From contig JAXHMG010000003.1 of assembly GCA_034521595.1 (NCBI GenBank), positions 2,624,001-2,688,000 of the forward strand: a DNA stretch of 64,000 nt, read 5' to 3'. Below are positions 56,301 through 64,000 of the stretch, piece by piece (the stretch's first letter is position 1; each line of letters begins with the position of its first letter). Under the pieces are notes generated by a model. The model made no database searches. It saw nothing but the letters and a program-made list of their open reading frames with translations, and had not been told where the DNA came from. The translations under genes were made by a program, and so were the position numbers. Origin of the DNA: Gemmatimonadota bacterium. GTDB lineage: Bacteria > Gemmatimonadota > Gemmatimonadetes > Longimicrobiales > Gaopeijiaceae.

Positions 56301-56800
56301 GGCAACCGGGCAGAACCCCCGAGGGCACCGGAGAGCCCGGAACGGGCGATACCGCCGGCGCCACGGAGGGCACGACCGACGAGCGGGCGACCGAGGCCCG
56401 CGCCGGAGGCGGTGGTGGCCGGACCCGAGGCGATCCACGGCGCCCCTCGGCGGAAGAGATCCGTCAGTACCGCAACGAGTTCGAGCGAAGGGCCGGACAG
56501 GTCCGAGACGTGCGCGAGCGGCTGGAGGAAGCCGGCCGGTCGACCGAGGACCTACAGTCCGTCCTCGACGCCATGGAGCGACTGGCGCAAGAAGGGGCGT
56601 ACGACGATCCGACTCAGGTCGCGCAGCTTCAGGCCGAAGCGCTGGAGGCGCTGAAACGGCTCGAGTTCGGGCTACGCAGGGAGGTCGAAGGCGAAACCCC
56701 TCAGCGCGCCACCCTCGGTGGATCCGACGACGTTCCCGACGGATATCGGGCGCTCGTCGAGGAATACTACCGAACGCTGGCGCGGGAGGGCGGACGGTGA
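53315..56800 (+). CDS. Large membrane-anchored Ig-like/coiled-coil protein (DUF4175-like)
   Basis: N-terminal TM helices, PDYTGL and DDYG motifs, Gln/Glu-rich coiled coils, C-terminal VPDGYRALVEEYY. Confidence 0.75.
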   Translation: MTDSERSMADRRLTNLVRTVRRRWKLRLALRGLAWATGISVLVFLLAGVAVERARFSPEALLWLRLASWGTLGLTFFLFVVRPLLRPVTDSQVALYLEEHEPSLQHAFVSALEASRNPGFSRGLSGRVLEHALDRAAAVENGRRVEQGALYRFGGALTGIVVASLLLAVLGPTSLRHGVGALLAPTRDAATVNPYAMDVEPGNTAIARGSDLVVRAAPRGFEAGEVSIFTSSGEGTGFQRLSMLPNESGLFEVMLLGVEQDTRYFVEASGVRSPTFTVEVAELPYVENLDLTYHFPDYTGLSPRVVEGGGDVAALPGTVVELSISSTIATPGGRLLLDGEAASELEVGADGTLSTRFTVEDTGLYAIELARDNGEMVSASPEYTIDVLQDMEPSVHFSEPGRDMPASPIEEVYLEMEALDDYGIGDLRLVYSVNGGAEDTVSVFRTDGPPLPEVSAGHTLYLEEWQLEPGDLVSYYALVRDNRRLGSEQVVASDMYFLNVRPFEREYREAEQQGGGGQAGGAQGAETALSEMQRQVISATFNLIRQRDSYAEGEFAENVVSVALAQERLREQVTTLLERMGNRGLTEEDPGFRDVSAILPDAADAMTRAHELLTDEALQDALPVEQKALRFLQQAEETYERYVTTSQNQQGGGGGGGNPAADDLADLFELELDKLQNQYETVRRGQQQQADAQVDEIMEELEELARRQEQEAERQRRRAQAGMQGTAGAGASQRNLADETEEAARQLQRLARERADQELERTARAMQEAAEAMRRSASEGGNTASTGASEALRRLEDARRSLQENRAGRAGRSAQEALRQVDELQRQQREVQRAVRDLPSGGEERREVVDRLRERKNQMTDAVRQLEQELDRSASSAQQENPQAARKLQAGADRIRESSLKEKLQYSRGTIVQWDPESALTLELGIEGDLEDVREELEGALEAAGAQERNPLTEALDETRDLVRGMEAMERRLNEGSSRAGEQADEAGDAASEADGQPGRTPEGTGEPGTGDTAGATEGTTDERATEARAGGGGGRTRGDPRRPSAEEIRQYRNEFERRAGQVRDVRERLEEAGRSTEDLQSVLDAMERLAQEGAYDDPTQVAQLQAEALEALKRLEFGLRREVEGETPQRATLGGSDDVPDGYRALVEEYYRTLAREGGR

Positions 56801-56806
56801 GTCCTC

Positions 56807-57187
56807 TCAGGAAGAGCCGTCGAGCACTTCCCTGACCTTCTCTCTGAGTCCGGCCACCGTGAACGGCTTGGAGATGTAGTTCACCTCGGCGACACGGATG
56901 CCCTGGAGGAGCACTTCATCCTCCGTGTACCCGGACATGAAGAGAAGCTCGGTGTCGGGATGAACCTCCCGGAAACGCTCGCCGAGCTCGCGCCCGCCGA
57001 GCCCCGGCATGACCACATCGGTGAGCAGAAGGTCGATCGCGCCATCGTGCTCGTCCGCGATCCGAAGCGCCTCTTCACCTCCCAAGGCTTCCAGGATCTC
57101 GTATCCATCACGCCGCAGCACTTTGCTCGCGACTCTGAGGACGGAGGGCTCGTCGTCGACGACGAGAACCGTCTTGACGGCACTCAT
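56807..57187 (-). CDS. Single-domain response regulator receiver
   Basis: VVDDE, LLTDVVMP, MSGY and KPF motifs. Confidence 0.92.
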   Translation of the reverse strand: MSAVKTVLVVDDEPSVLRVASKVLRRDGYEILEALGGEEALRIADEHDGAIDLLLTDVVMPGLGGRELGERFREVHPDTELLFMSGYTEDEVLLQGIRVAEVNYISKPFTVAGLREKVREVLDGSS

Positions 57188-57454
57188 TGCTCCTCCTTCG
57201 CACTCGAAGTCGTGATCGGTGGTCCGAGCCGTGCTATACCCGCTTTCGCATCCGCCGCCCTTCGCTCGACGTTGCCCCGCGAGTCGGCGACGGAGCGACC
57301 GGAGGGGTGAATATTTACTGAATCTTCATCGTGAATGCCATGCCCTCCCGGGCCGCCGACACCTCCGGACGCGACTCCCAAGCCGTTAGATTCGACCATT
57401 CATGCCGCACTCGAGCCGTGCGGGTACTGACGACACGCATCACAGCGACGAGCC

Positions 57455-59137
57455 ATGTCCGGACCGCAGTTCATCTACCACATGCATCGGTTGTCCAAGA
57501 TCGTCCCGCCCAAGCACGAGATCTTGAAGGACATCAGCCTTTCGTTCTATCCCGGGGCGAAGATCGGCGTGGTCGGACCCAACGGCGCCGGGAAGAGCTC
57601 CCTACTGCGCATCATGGCCGGTCTCGACACGGACTTCCAGGGAGAAGCATGGGCGGCCACGGGAACCCGGATCGGATATCTTCCGCAGGAACCGGAGCTC
57701 GACGAGAGCCTGGACGTGCGGGGCAACGTGGACGAAGCGGTCCGGGAAACGCGTGACCTCCTGAAGCGTTACGAGGAGGTCAACCTCGCGTTCGGTGACG
57801 TCTCGAGCGACGAAGAAATGAACGCGCTCATCGAGGAGCAAGCCCGACTTCAGGACCGGATCGACGCCTCGGGCGCCTGGGAGCTCGACCGGAAGATCGA
57901 GATCGCGATGGACGCTTTGAGGCTACCACCGGGCGATGCGGACATCTCGACGCTCTCCGGAGGGGAAAAGCGACGGGTGGCTCTCTGCCGCGTGCTTCTG
58001 GAGCAGCCGGACATGCTACTCCTCGACGAGCCGACCAACCACCTCGACGCCGAGTCGGTCGCGTGGCTCGAACACCACCTCGCGGCGTTCTCCGGCACGA
58101 TCGTCGCGATCACGCACGACCGGTACTTCCTCGACAACGTCGCCGAGTGGATCCTGGAGCTCGACCGGGGCCAGGGAATTCCCTGGAAGGGCAACTACTC
58201 GTCCTGGCTGGAGCAGAAGAAGGAGCGACTCCGGATCGAGGAGAAACACGAATCCGCCCGTCAGCGGACCCTCGACCGGGAGCTCGAGTGGGTACACATG
58301 TCGCCGCAGGCCCGGCACGCGAAAGCGAAATCCCGCATCAACCAATACGAAGAGCTTCTCAACCGGGACGAGCGCGAACAGGTCCGGACTGCCGAGATCA
58401 TGATCCCCAAGGGGCCCCGGCTCGGCGACGTGGTCGTGCGCGCCGACGGAATCCGGAAGGGCTACGGCGACCACCTCCTGATCGACGACCTGTCCTTCGA
58501 TATTCCGCCGGGCGCCATCGTCGGGATCATCGGTGCCAACGGCGCGGGCAAGACCACGCTGTTCCGCATGATCGTCGGCGACGAGGAACCGGACGCGGGC
58601 ACACTCGAGGTCGGACAGACCGTGGAGCTCGCGTACGTCGACCAGTCGCGATCCGAGCTCGACCCGACCAAGACGGTGTTCGAAGAGGTGAGCGGGGGGC
58701 AGGAGGCGTTGCATTTCGGAAGGGCGGAAGTGAACCCGCGCGCCTACCTTTCGTGGTTCAACTTCCGCGGCTCCGACCAGCAGAAGAAGGTCGGCGTCCT
58801 GTCCGGCGGTGAGCGCAACCGTCTTCATCTGGCCAAGCTGTTGAAGTCGGGCGGGAACGTGATGCTCCTGGACGAGCCGACGAACGACCTCGACGTGGAC
58901 ACCCTGCGCGCACTCGAGAACGCGATCCTGGACTTCGCGGGATCGGTGCTCGTCATCTCCCACGACCGCTGGTTCCTGGACCGCATCGCGACACACATCA
59001 TCGCATTCGAGGGCGATTCCCGGGTCGTGTGGTTCGAAGGCAACTATCACGAGTACGAGGAGGATCGCCGTGCACGCCTCGGAGAGGACGCGGACCGGCC
59101 CCACCGCCTCCGCTACCGGAAGCTCGTCCGGGACTGA
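57455..59137 (+). CDS. ettA: Energy-dependent translational throttle protein EttA (ABC-F)
   Basis: [23 protein letters not shown], two ABC domains, [14 protein letters not shown] and WFEGNY..YEED. Confidence 0.92.
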   Translation: MSGPQFIYHMHRLSKIVPPKHEILKDISLSFYPGAKIGVVGPNGAGKSSLLRIMAGLDTDFQGEAWAATGTRIGYLPQEPELDESLDVRGNVDEAVRETRDLLKRYEEVNLAFGDVSSDEEMNALIEEQARLQDRIDASGAWELDRKIEIAMDALRLPPGDADISTLSGGEKRRVALCRVLLEQPDMLLLDEPTNHLDAESVAWLEHHLAAFSGTIVAITHDRYFLDNVAEWILELDRGQGIPWKGNYSSWLEQKKERLRIEEKHESARQRTLDRELEWVHMSPQARHAKAKSRINQYEELLNRDEREQVRTAEIMIPKGPRLGDVVVRADGIRKGYGDHLLIDDLSFDIPPGAIVGIIGANGAGKTTLFRMIVGDEEPDAGTLEVGQTVELAYVDQSRSELDPTKTVFEEVSGGQEALHFGRAEVNPRAYLSWFNFRGSDQQKKVGVLSGGERNRLHLAKLLKSGGNVMLLDEPTNDLDVDTLRALENAILDFAGSVLVISHDRWFLDRIATHIIAFEGDSRVVWFEGNYHEYEEDRRARLGEDADRPHRLRYRKLVRD

Positions 59138-59631
59138 TGACGCCGGCCGACACCAGTAGCCCGGAGGAACGTGACCGGCTGATCGCGGAGGCCCTCGAGG
59201 ACTCGGAAGCCCGTGACGAGCGCTACCGCCCCCCGTCGGAGCCCCCGAAGGACGACCGCTGGAAGGGGGCCCTCGCGCTGTGTTTGTTCATCCTCGCGGG
59301 AGTGGTGGCCATCGCGCCCCCGGGTTGGGTCGCGCCCGAGCCTCCGCCAAGGGTGCCGGACGGGGCACGCACGCTCGGAGCAAGGGCCGCCGTGTTCCTG
59401 CAGGCGCAGGAGATCGAGGCGTTCCGTCAGCGGAATCACAGGCTTCCGGACGACCTCACGGAGGTTTCCACGACCCTTCCCGGCATTCGGTACATCCGCT
59501 CCAACGAACGCGTGTATCAGGTAGTGGCGACGGACCCGGACGGACGCACCGTCGTATTCGACTCCACCGAGCCGCGGGACGAGCGTTCGGCACGCGTGCA
59601 CGCCTTGCTGCGCGAGATCGACGAGTCGTGA
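59137..59631 (+). CDS. Single-TM hypothetical protein with pseudopilin-like helix (paralog of 11912-12430)
   Basis: IAPPGWV, EIEAFRQRNHRLPDDL and VVFDSTE; TGATG-coupled to ettA. Confidence 0.7.
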   Translation: MTPADTSSPEERDRLIAEALEDSEARDERYRPPSEPPKDDRWKGALALCLFILAGVVAIAPPGWVAPEPPPRVPDGARTLGARAAVFLQAQEIEAFRQRNHRLPDDLTEVSTTLPGIRYIRSNERVYQVVATDPDGRTVVFDSTEPRDERSARVHALLREIDES

Positions 59632-60158
59632 GCCGATCCGGGCACGGTTCCCGCGCCGGGGCGAGCTTCGCCGACGTCATGCTCGTCCTCGCCGCCCTAT
59701 CGCTCGTTCTCGCCGTGCTCTATCCCCACTGGAAGGCCCGGATGCTGCAAGATCGTGTGGACACGGCCGTCGACAGGGTCGAGCAGCTGATCGAGGCGGC
59801 GGAAGAGGCAAGGAACGAAGCAGGCACCTGGCCTCCCACGGCGTCCGACGAGGAGCTCACGCCCGCCCCTCCTGCGAGCGAAGGTGAAGTCGAAGGCGCA
59901 GGGCCGACCCTCGAATGGCGACGCCTGGAAAGCGTCGAGGTACCCTCGCCCCCGTCGGCGAACACCGACCCGAGCGGGGAGGGAGCGGATCAGGAACCGG
60001 GCACGCGCTCACCGGTCTTCTTCCATCGGGGCGCCGTGTCCGTACACACGGCGAACGAATCGGTGCTCGACGCGCTCTCACGGCGCTACCCCGGGTCCGT
60101 GGTGCACGATACGGTCTGGACACTGCTACTTCCACGGGTTCCCGCCGCGCCCGACTGA
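59628..60158 (+). CDS. Atypical prepilin-like protein (paralog of 11415-11915)
   Basis: G|ASFADVMLVLAALSLVLAVLYP, WP motif, AVSVHT and GS; GTGA coupling. Confidence 0.6.
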   Translation: MSRSGHGSRAGASFADVMLVLAALSLVLAVLYPHWKARMLQDRVDTAVDRVEQLIEAAEEARNEAGTWPPTASDEELTPAPPASEGEVEGAGPTLEWRRLESVEVPSPPSANTDPSGEGADQEPGTRSPVFFHRGAVSVHTANESVLDALSRRYPGSVVHDTVWTLLLPRVPAAPD

Positions 60159-60267
60159 CCGTTCTCGTCGCGCGGGCACCGCGTCGATCCTTATCAACAC
60201 GGGCCGAAACCGTCACATTAACAGGTCCGCCTCGGTTTCAGGCACTCGCGTAATCAATCCGTCATCC

Positions 60268-63200
60268 ATGATCCAAATCCAGCGCAGGCCGGAGATCGCG
60301 CTCCAGGAAGTCCTGGAAGCCGTACGCTCACGCTACGATCTGGACGGCACGCTCACACCCCTTCCCGGCGAGCGGGACCAGAACTTCCTGCTCGACACCT
60401 CGGACGGAAACCGTTACGTGGTGAAGATCAGCTCCCCCGAAGAGCCCGATCCCATTCTCCGGTTCGAGACGGAGATGCTGGTCAAGCTGTGCAGCGAGAC
60501 GGAAGGGCTCGTACCGGGCGTCAAAGAGGCGCAGTCCGGCGAGCACCTCGTGGAGTTCGATGACAGCGCCGGCAACACCCAGCGCCTCAGGATCGTCGAC
60601 TTCCTGCCGGGCACCTTGCTGGCCAACGCCCGTCCCCGCACGGACGCGCTCTTCTACGACTTCGGCAAGCGCGTGGCCGAGCTCGACAGCGCCCTCGGCG
60701 GCTACCCGGACCATCCTCCCGCGCGGTTCAACTTCGATTGGGCGCTAGGGAGCGCGGGGAGCGTCATGGAGCGGTGTCTCGAGCTCTTCACGGGGGAGCG
60801 CCGCGGGCTGATCGAGAACGCGCATCGATCGTTCGATGAGCGCGGGCACGATTTCCTGGGCCTGGGCTCGCAGATCATCCACGGCGACGTGAACGAGCAC
60901 AACGTCCTGGTCTCGGATCCCGACGGAACACGCCGGTACGTGACGGGATTCATCGATTTCGGCGACGCCCATTCCGCGCCCCGGGTCTTCGACCTGGCCA
61001 TCGCGGTCGCGTACGCCACGCTCGGAGTGTCCGATCCGATCTCGGCGGCGGCCACGATCGTGCGGGGGTTCAACGACACGACCCCCCTTCTCCAGTCCGA
61101 GATCGACGTGATCTTCACTCTGGCACGCGCACGGCTCGGCCAGAGCGTCAGCATCGCGGCCTGGCGGCGGAATCAGGGTGAAGCCGTGGACCCATCGCGG
61201 CACGTCTCGGAAGAGCCCGCCTGGGAGCTCCTACGTAAGCTCGACGACGTGCCGGACAAGTTCCTGCGAGGCGTGCTCCGCGACGCCTGCGGCCTGTCCG
61301 CGAACGTGCGCACTCCGGCGTTGATGGAGTGGCTCGACGAGCAGGAGTGCAGCCCGGTCATCGACGTGCCCGAAGAGGACGGCGCGTTGACGGTCCTCGA
61401 CCTGAGCGTGGACAGTCCCGACCTGGACGGTCGCGACACGGACGACACCGAGCGTTTCGCGACGCGGATCGCTCGGCTGATCGAAGACGCGGGCGCCCGG
61501 ATCGGCATCGGGCGCTACCTCGAGCCCCGCGGCTTCTACCTGACCGACCAGTTCGCCGGTCGCGAGGGCGATCCCCGTGAACGGCGCACGATCCATCTGG
61601 GCCTGGACCTCTTCGTGGAAGCCGGAACGGACGTACGGGCCCCCCTGGACGGGAAGGTCCGCGTCATCGAGACCAACGCGGCCCGCCTCGACTACGGTCC
61701 CACGGTCGTGCTCGAGCACCTTTCGCCGCACGGCCGGTTCTGGACGCTCTACGGACACCTCGAGCAGACATCCGTCGACGAGCTCGAGATCGACCAGCAG
61801 CTCCAGGCCGGCGAGACGTTCGCCCGGATCGGGGCCCCTCCCGAGAACGGAGATTGGCCGCCCCACCTCCACCTGCAGCTCGTCACCCACTTCCTCGGAC
61901 ACGGCGGGGACTTTCCCGGCGTGGCCCTCCCCAGGGAACGCACCGTTTGGGCCTCGTTCTCACCGGACCCCAACAGCCTCCTGGGCCTGCCGGTCGAAAC
62001 GACCTACCTCGAAGAGGACAAGGACCTGCTGGAGCGACGGGGAAAGGCGCTTCCGGCGAATCTGTCGCTCTCGTATGCATCGCCGATCCACGTGGTGCGC
62101 GCCCGCGGAACCCGGCTGTACGATCCGTTGGGACGCAGCTACCTCGACTGCGTGAACAACGTGGCCCATGTCGGCCACGAGCATCCGTCCGTCGTGCGTG
62201 CCGGCCGTCGACAGATGGCCGTGCTCAACACCAATACCCGGTACCTCCATCGGAACGTGATCGAGTACGCCGAGCGACTGGCGGAGCTCCTACCGGAGCC
62301 GCTGTCCCGCTGCTTCTTCGTCAACTCGGGGAGTGAAGCCAACGAGCTGGCGCTCAGGATGGCCCGGTCCCACAGCAACGGCTCCGGGGTGGTGGCTCTC
62401 GAGGGTGGCTACCACGGGCACACGCAGACCTTGGTCGACGTCAGCCACTACAAGTTCGCGGGCAAGGGCGGCCGGGGCGCGCCACCCTGGGTGCGCACGA
62501 CGCCCGCGCCCGACGTGTACCGAGGTGCGTACGGTCGGAACATGCCCGACCGGGCCAGCCGGTACGCCGGGCACGTGCGTGACGCGCTGGCCGACCTGCG
62601 CGGCGCTTCGATCACGCCGGCGGCCTTCATCGCGGAGACGTTCCTCTCGTGCGGCGGGCAGATCGAACCGCCGCAGGGGTATCTCGCGGCGGCCTACCAG
62701 CACGCCCGTGCCGCGGGCGCGGTCTGCATCGCCGACGAGATCCAGACCGGCTTCGGACGGATCGGGAGCGACTTCTGGTCGTTCGAATCACAGGACGTCG
62801 TGCCCGACATCGTCACGCTGGGCAAGCCCGTCGGCAACGGTCATCCGATCGGCGTGGTCATCACCACCCCGGAGATCGCCGAGTCGTTCGACAACGGCAT
62901 GGAGTTCTTCAGCACGTTCGGAGGGAATCCGGTCTCGGCGGCGATCGGGCTGGCGGTGCTGGACGTTCTGGAGGAGGAGGATCTCCAGGACCGGGCGGCG
63001 GTGCTGGGCGGCACGCTCAAGGGCTCGCTGGCGTCGTTGGCCATGCGCCACGACGTGGTGGGCGACATCCGGGGACGCGGCCTGTTCCTGGGGATCGACC
63101 TCGTATCCGACCGTGCGTCGAAGAGGCCGGCGCCCGAAGTCGCCCGCTACGTCATCGACCGCCTGGCGGAGCGCGGCGTGTTGGTCGGGGTGGACGGACC

Positions 63201-63357
63201 TGAACACAACGTGCTCAAGATCAAGCCACCGATGCCGTTCTCGGAGGAGGACGCGGAACGGTTGGTCGAGGAGCTCGACACGGTGCTCGGCGAGGACGCG
63301 GTCCAATGGCTGGCCGACCACGCCGAAGCCGCGGACGAGGGCAGCGACGCGGTCTAA
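60268..63357 (+). CDS. Fusion of APH-like (hydroxylysine-kinase-type) kinase, M23 peptidase-like domain and class III PLP aminotransferase/phospho-lyase
   Basis: GERDQNF, HGDVNEHN and DFGD; HLGLD, YGHL and PHLH; DCVNNVAHVGH, DEIQTGFGR and LGKPVGNG. Confidence 0.9.
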   Translation: MIQIQRRPEIALQEVLEAVRSRYDLDGTLTPLPGERDQNFLLDTSDGNRYVVKISSPEEPDPILRFETEMLVKLCSETEGLVPGVKEAQSGEHLVEFDDSAGNTQRLRIVDFLPGTLLANARPRTDALFYDFGKRVAELDSALGGYPDHPPARFNFDWALGSAGSVMERCLELFTGERRGLIENAHRSFDERGHDFLGLGSQIIHGDVNEHNVLVSDPDGTRRYVTGFIDFGDAHSAPRVFDLAIAVAYATLGVSDPISAAATIVRGFNDTTPLLQSEIDVIFTLARARLGQSVSIAAWRRNQGEAVDPSRHVSEEPAWELLRKLDDVPDKFLRGVLRDACGLSANVRTPALMEWLDEQECSPVIDVPEEDGALTVLDLSVDSPDLDGRDTDDTERFATRIARLIEDAGARIGIGRYLEPRGFYLTDQFAGREGDPRERRTIHLGLDLFVEAGTDVRAPLDGKVRVIETNAARLDYGPTVVLEHLSPHGRFWTLYGHLEQTSVDELEIDQQLQAGETFARIGAPPENGDWPPHLHLQLVTHFLGHGGDFPGVALPRERTVWASFSPDPNSLLGLPVETTYLEEDKDLLERRGKALPANLSLSYASPIHVVRARGTRLYDPLGRSYLDCVNNVAHVGHEHPSVVRAGRRQMAVLNTNTRYLHRNVIEYAERLAELLPEPLSRCFFVNSGSEANELALRMARSHSNGSGVVALEGGYHGHTQTLVDVSHYKFAGKGGRGAPPWVRTTPAPDVYRGAYGRNMPDRASRYAGHVRDALADLRGASITPAAFIAETFLSCGGQIEPPQGYLAAAYQHARAAGAVCIADEIQTGFGRIGSDFWSFESQDVVPDIVTLGKPVGNGHPIGVVITTPEIAESFDNGMEFFSTFGGNPVSAAIGLAVLDVLEEEDLQDRAAVLGGTLKGSLASLAMRHDVVGDIRGRGLFLGIDLVSDRASKRPAPEVARYVIDRLAERGVLVGVDGPEHNVLKIKPPMPFSEEDAERLVEELDTVLGEDAVQWLADHAEAADEGSDAV

Positions 63358-63372
63358 GCAGCCCGTGCTAGC

Positions 63373-64000
63373 TCAGCGTTCCCCCGGAGGGCTCAAGACC
63401 TCGAATCTCCGTTCCTGCTCGAGGCCGTCGACCGTCATGCGCACGCGATAGACACCGGGCGGGACCACGCCCGTCCCGTCGCCCTCGCTCGGAGACAGAT
63501 CCCAGACGATTCGATGGACGCCACTGCGCGTACCGGGGATCTGGCGGTCTTCTTCCTGTTCGTCGGTCTCTTCGGCCGGACCCGTGAACGATGTGAGCAC
63601 GGTGCCCTGTCCGTCGAGCACCTCCAACCGGACGCGGCGCACGAATGACGGCAGCAGGTAATCGAAGATCGCTCCACGTCCGTCGTCGACGTACGTGGGG
63701 GAGGGCTCGAAGAGATACGGCTCTCCCGTCGCGAGCCCGTCCATGACCTGCCGCAGCGGCTCGATCTCGTCCATCACGAAATGGCCCCGGCCCGCCGTGG
63801 AGACGAGCAGGTCCCTGCCGACCACGCGTATATCCGTGACTTCGGCCTCGGGAAGGTCGAACTGGAAGCGGTCCCAGGAATTCCCGGTGTCGAACGATAC
63901 GAACACCCCGTCCGACGTGCCGGCGAAGACCAAGCCGTTCCCTTCGGGATCTTCCCGGACCACCGTGATGCGCGAAGAGGCAGCGATCTCGCTGCCGGCT
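63373..64000 (-). CDS. VPS10/BNR-repeat glycosyl-hydrolase-like protein, C-terminal part (starts beyond the window)
   Basis: VREDP...FAGTSDGVFVSFDTGNSW, TAGRG, GVHRIVWDL and PPGVYRV; frame open to the right edge. Confidence 0.8.
   Translation of the reverse strand, partial: AGSEIAASSRITVVREDPEGNGLVFAGTSDGVFVSFDTGNSWDRFQFDLPEAEVTDIRVVGRDLLVSTAGRGHFVMDEIEPLRQVMDGLATGEPYLFEPSPTYVDDGRGAIFDYLLPSFVRRVRLEVLDGQGTVLTSFTGPAEETDEQEEDRQIPGTRSGVHRIVWDLSPSEGDGTGVVPPGVYRVRMTVDGLEQERRFEVLSPPGER

Noticed and set aside
1-64000. CRISPR arrays, tRNA/rRNA genes, transposases, integrases, prophage or defence genes
   Set aside because: None recognised by eye; very diverged elements could be missed without tools.

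Overview
GC-rich bacterial chromosomal window with about 55 CDS. I recognised no rRNA, tRNA, CRISPR array, prophage or transposase. Gene content (TonB receptors with carboxypeptidase-regulatory domains, DUF5916, DUF5777, a VPS10/BNR protein, a DUF4159-MoxR-VWA operon) suggests a diderm, probably Gemmatimonadota-like; that host call is inference only. Housekeeping genes include typA (partial), apaG, mntR-like, rhlE-like, HU, infA, cyclophilin and ettA. The main finding is a translationally coupled three-gene operon at 26113-29356 whose order, domain architecture and key motifs match the Myxococcus PomY-PomZ-PomX division-site positioning system, in what does not look like a myxobacterium. Other notable items: a structured ~190-nt minus-strand RNA (6S-like or attenuator) at 22281-22472 with an upstream palindromic operator; a duplicated 'non-cleavable pilin-like + prepilin' module at 11.4-12.4 kb and 59.1-60.2 kb; a 15-kb MoxR/VWA/DUF4159/TPR-metallopeptidase operon; several apparent pseudoenzymes (Cys-less DsbA, degenerate DEAD-box, degenerate GGDEF, Cys-less caspase-like); an LMW-PTP + fructosamine-kinase pair; a kinase-M23-aminotransferase III fusion; and a 58-aa membrane ORF missed by the ORF track. 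All family calls come from motif recognition by eye, not database searches.
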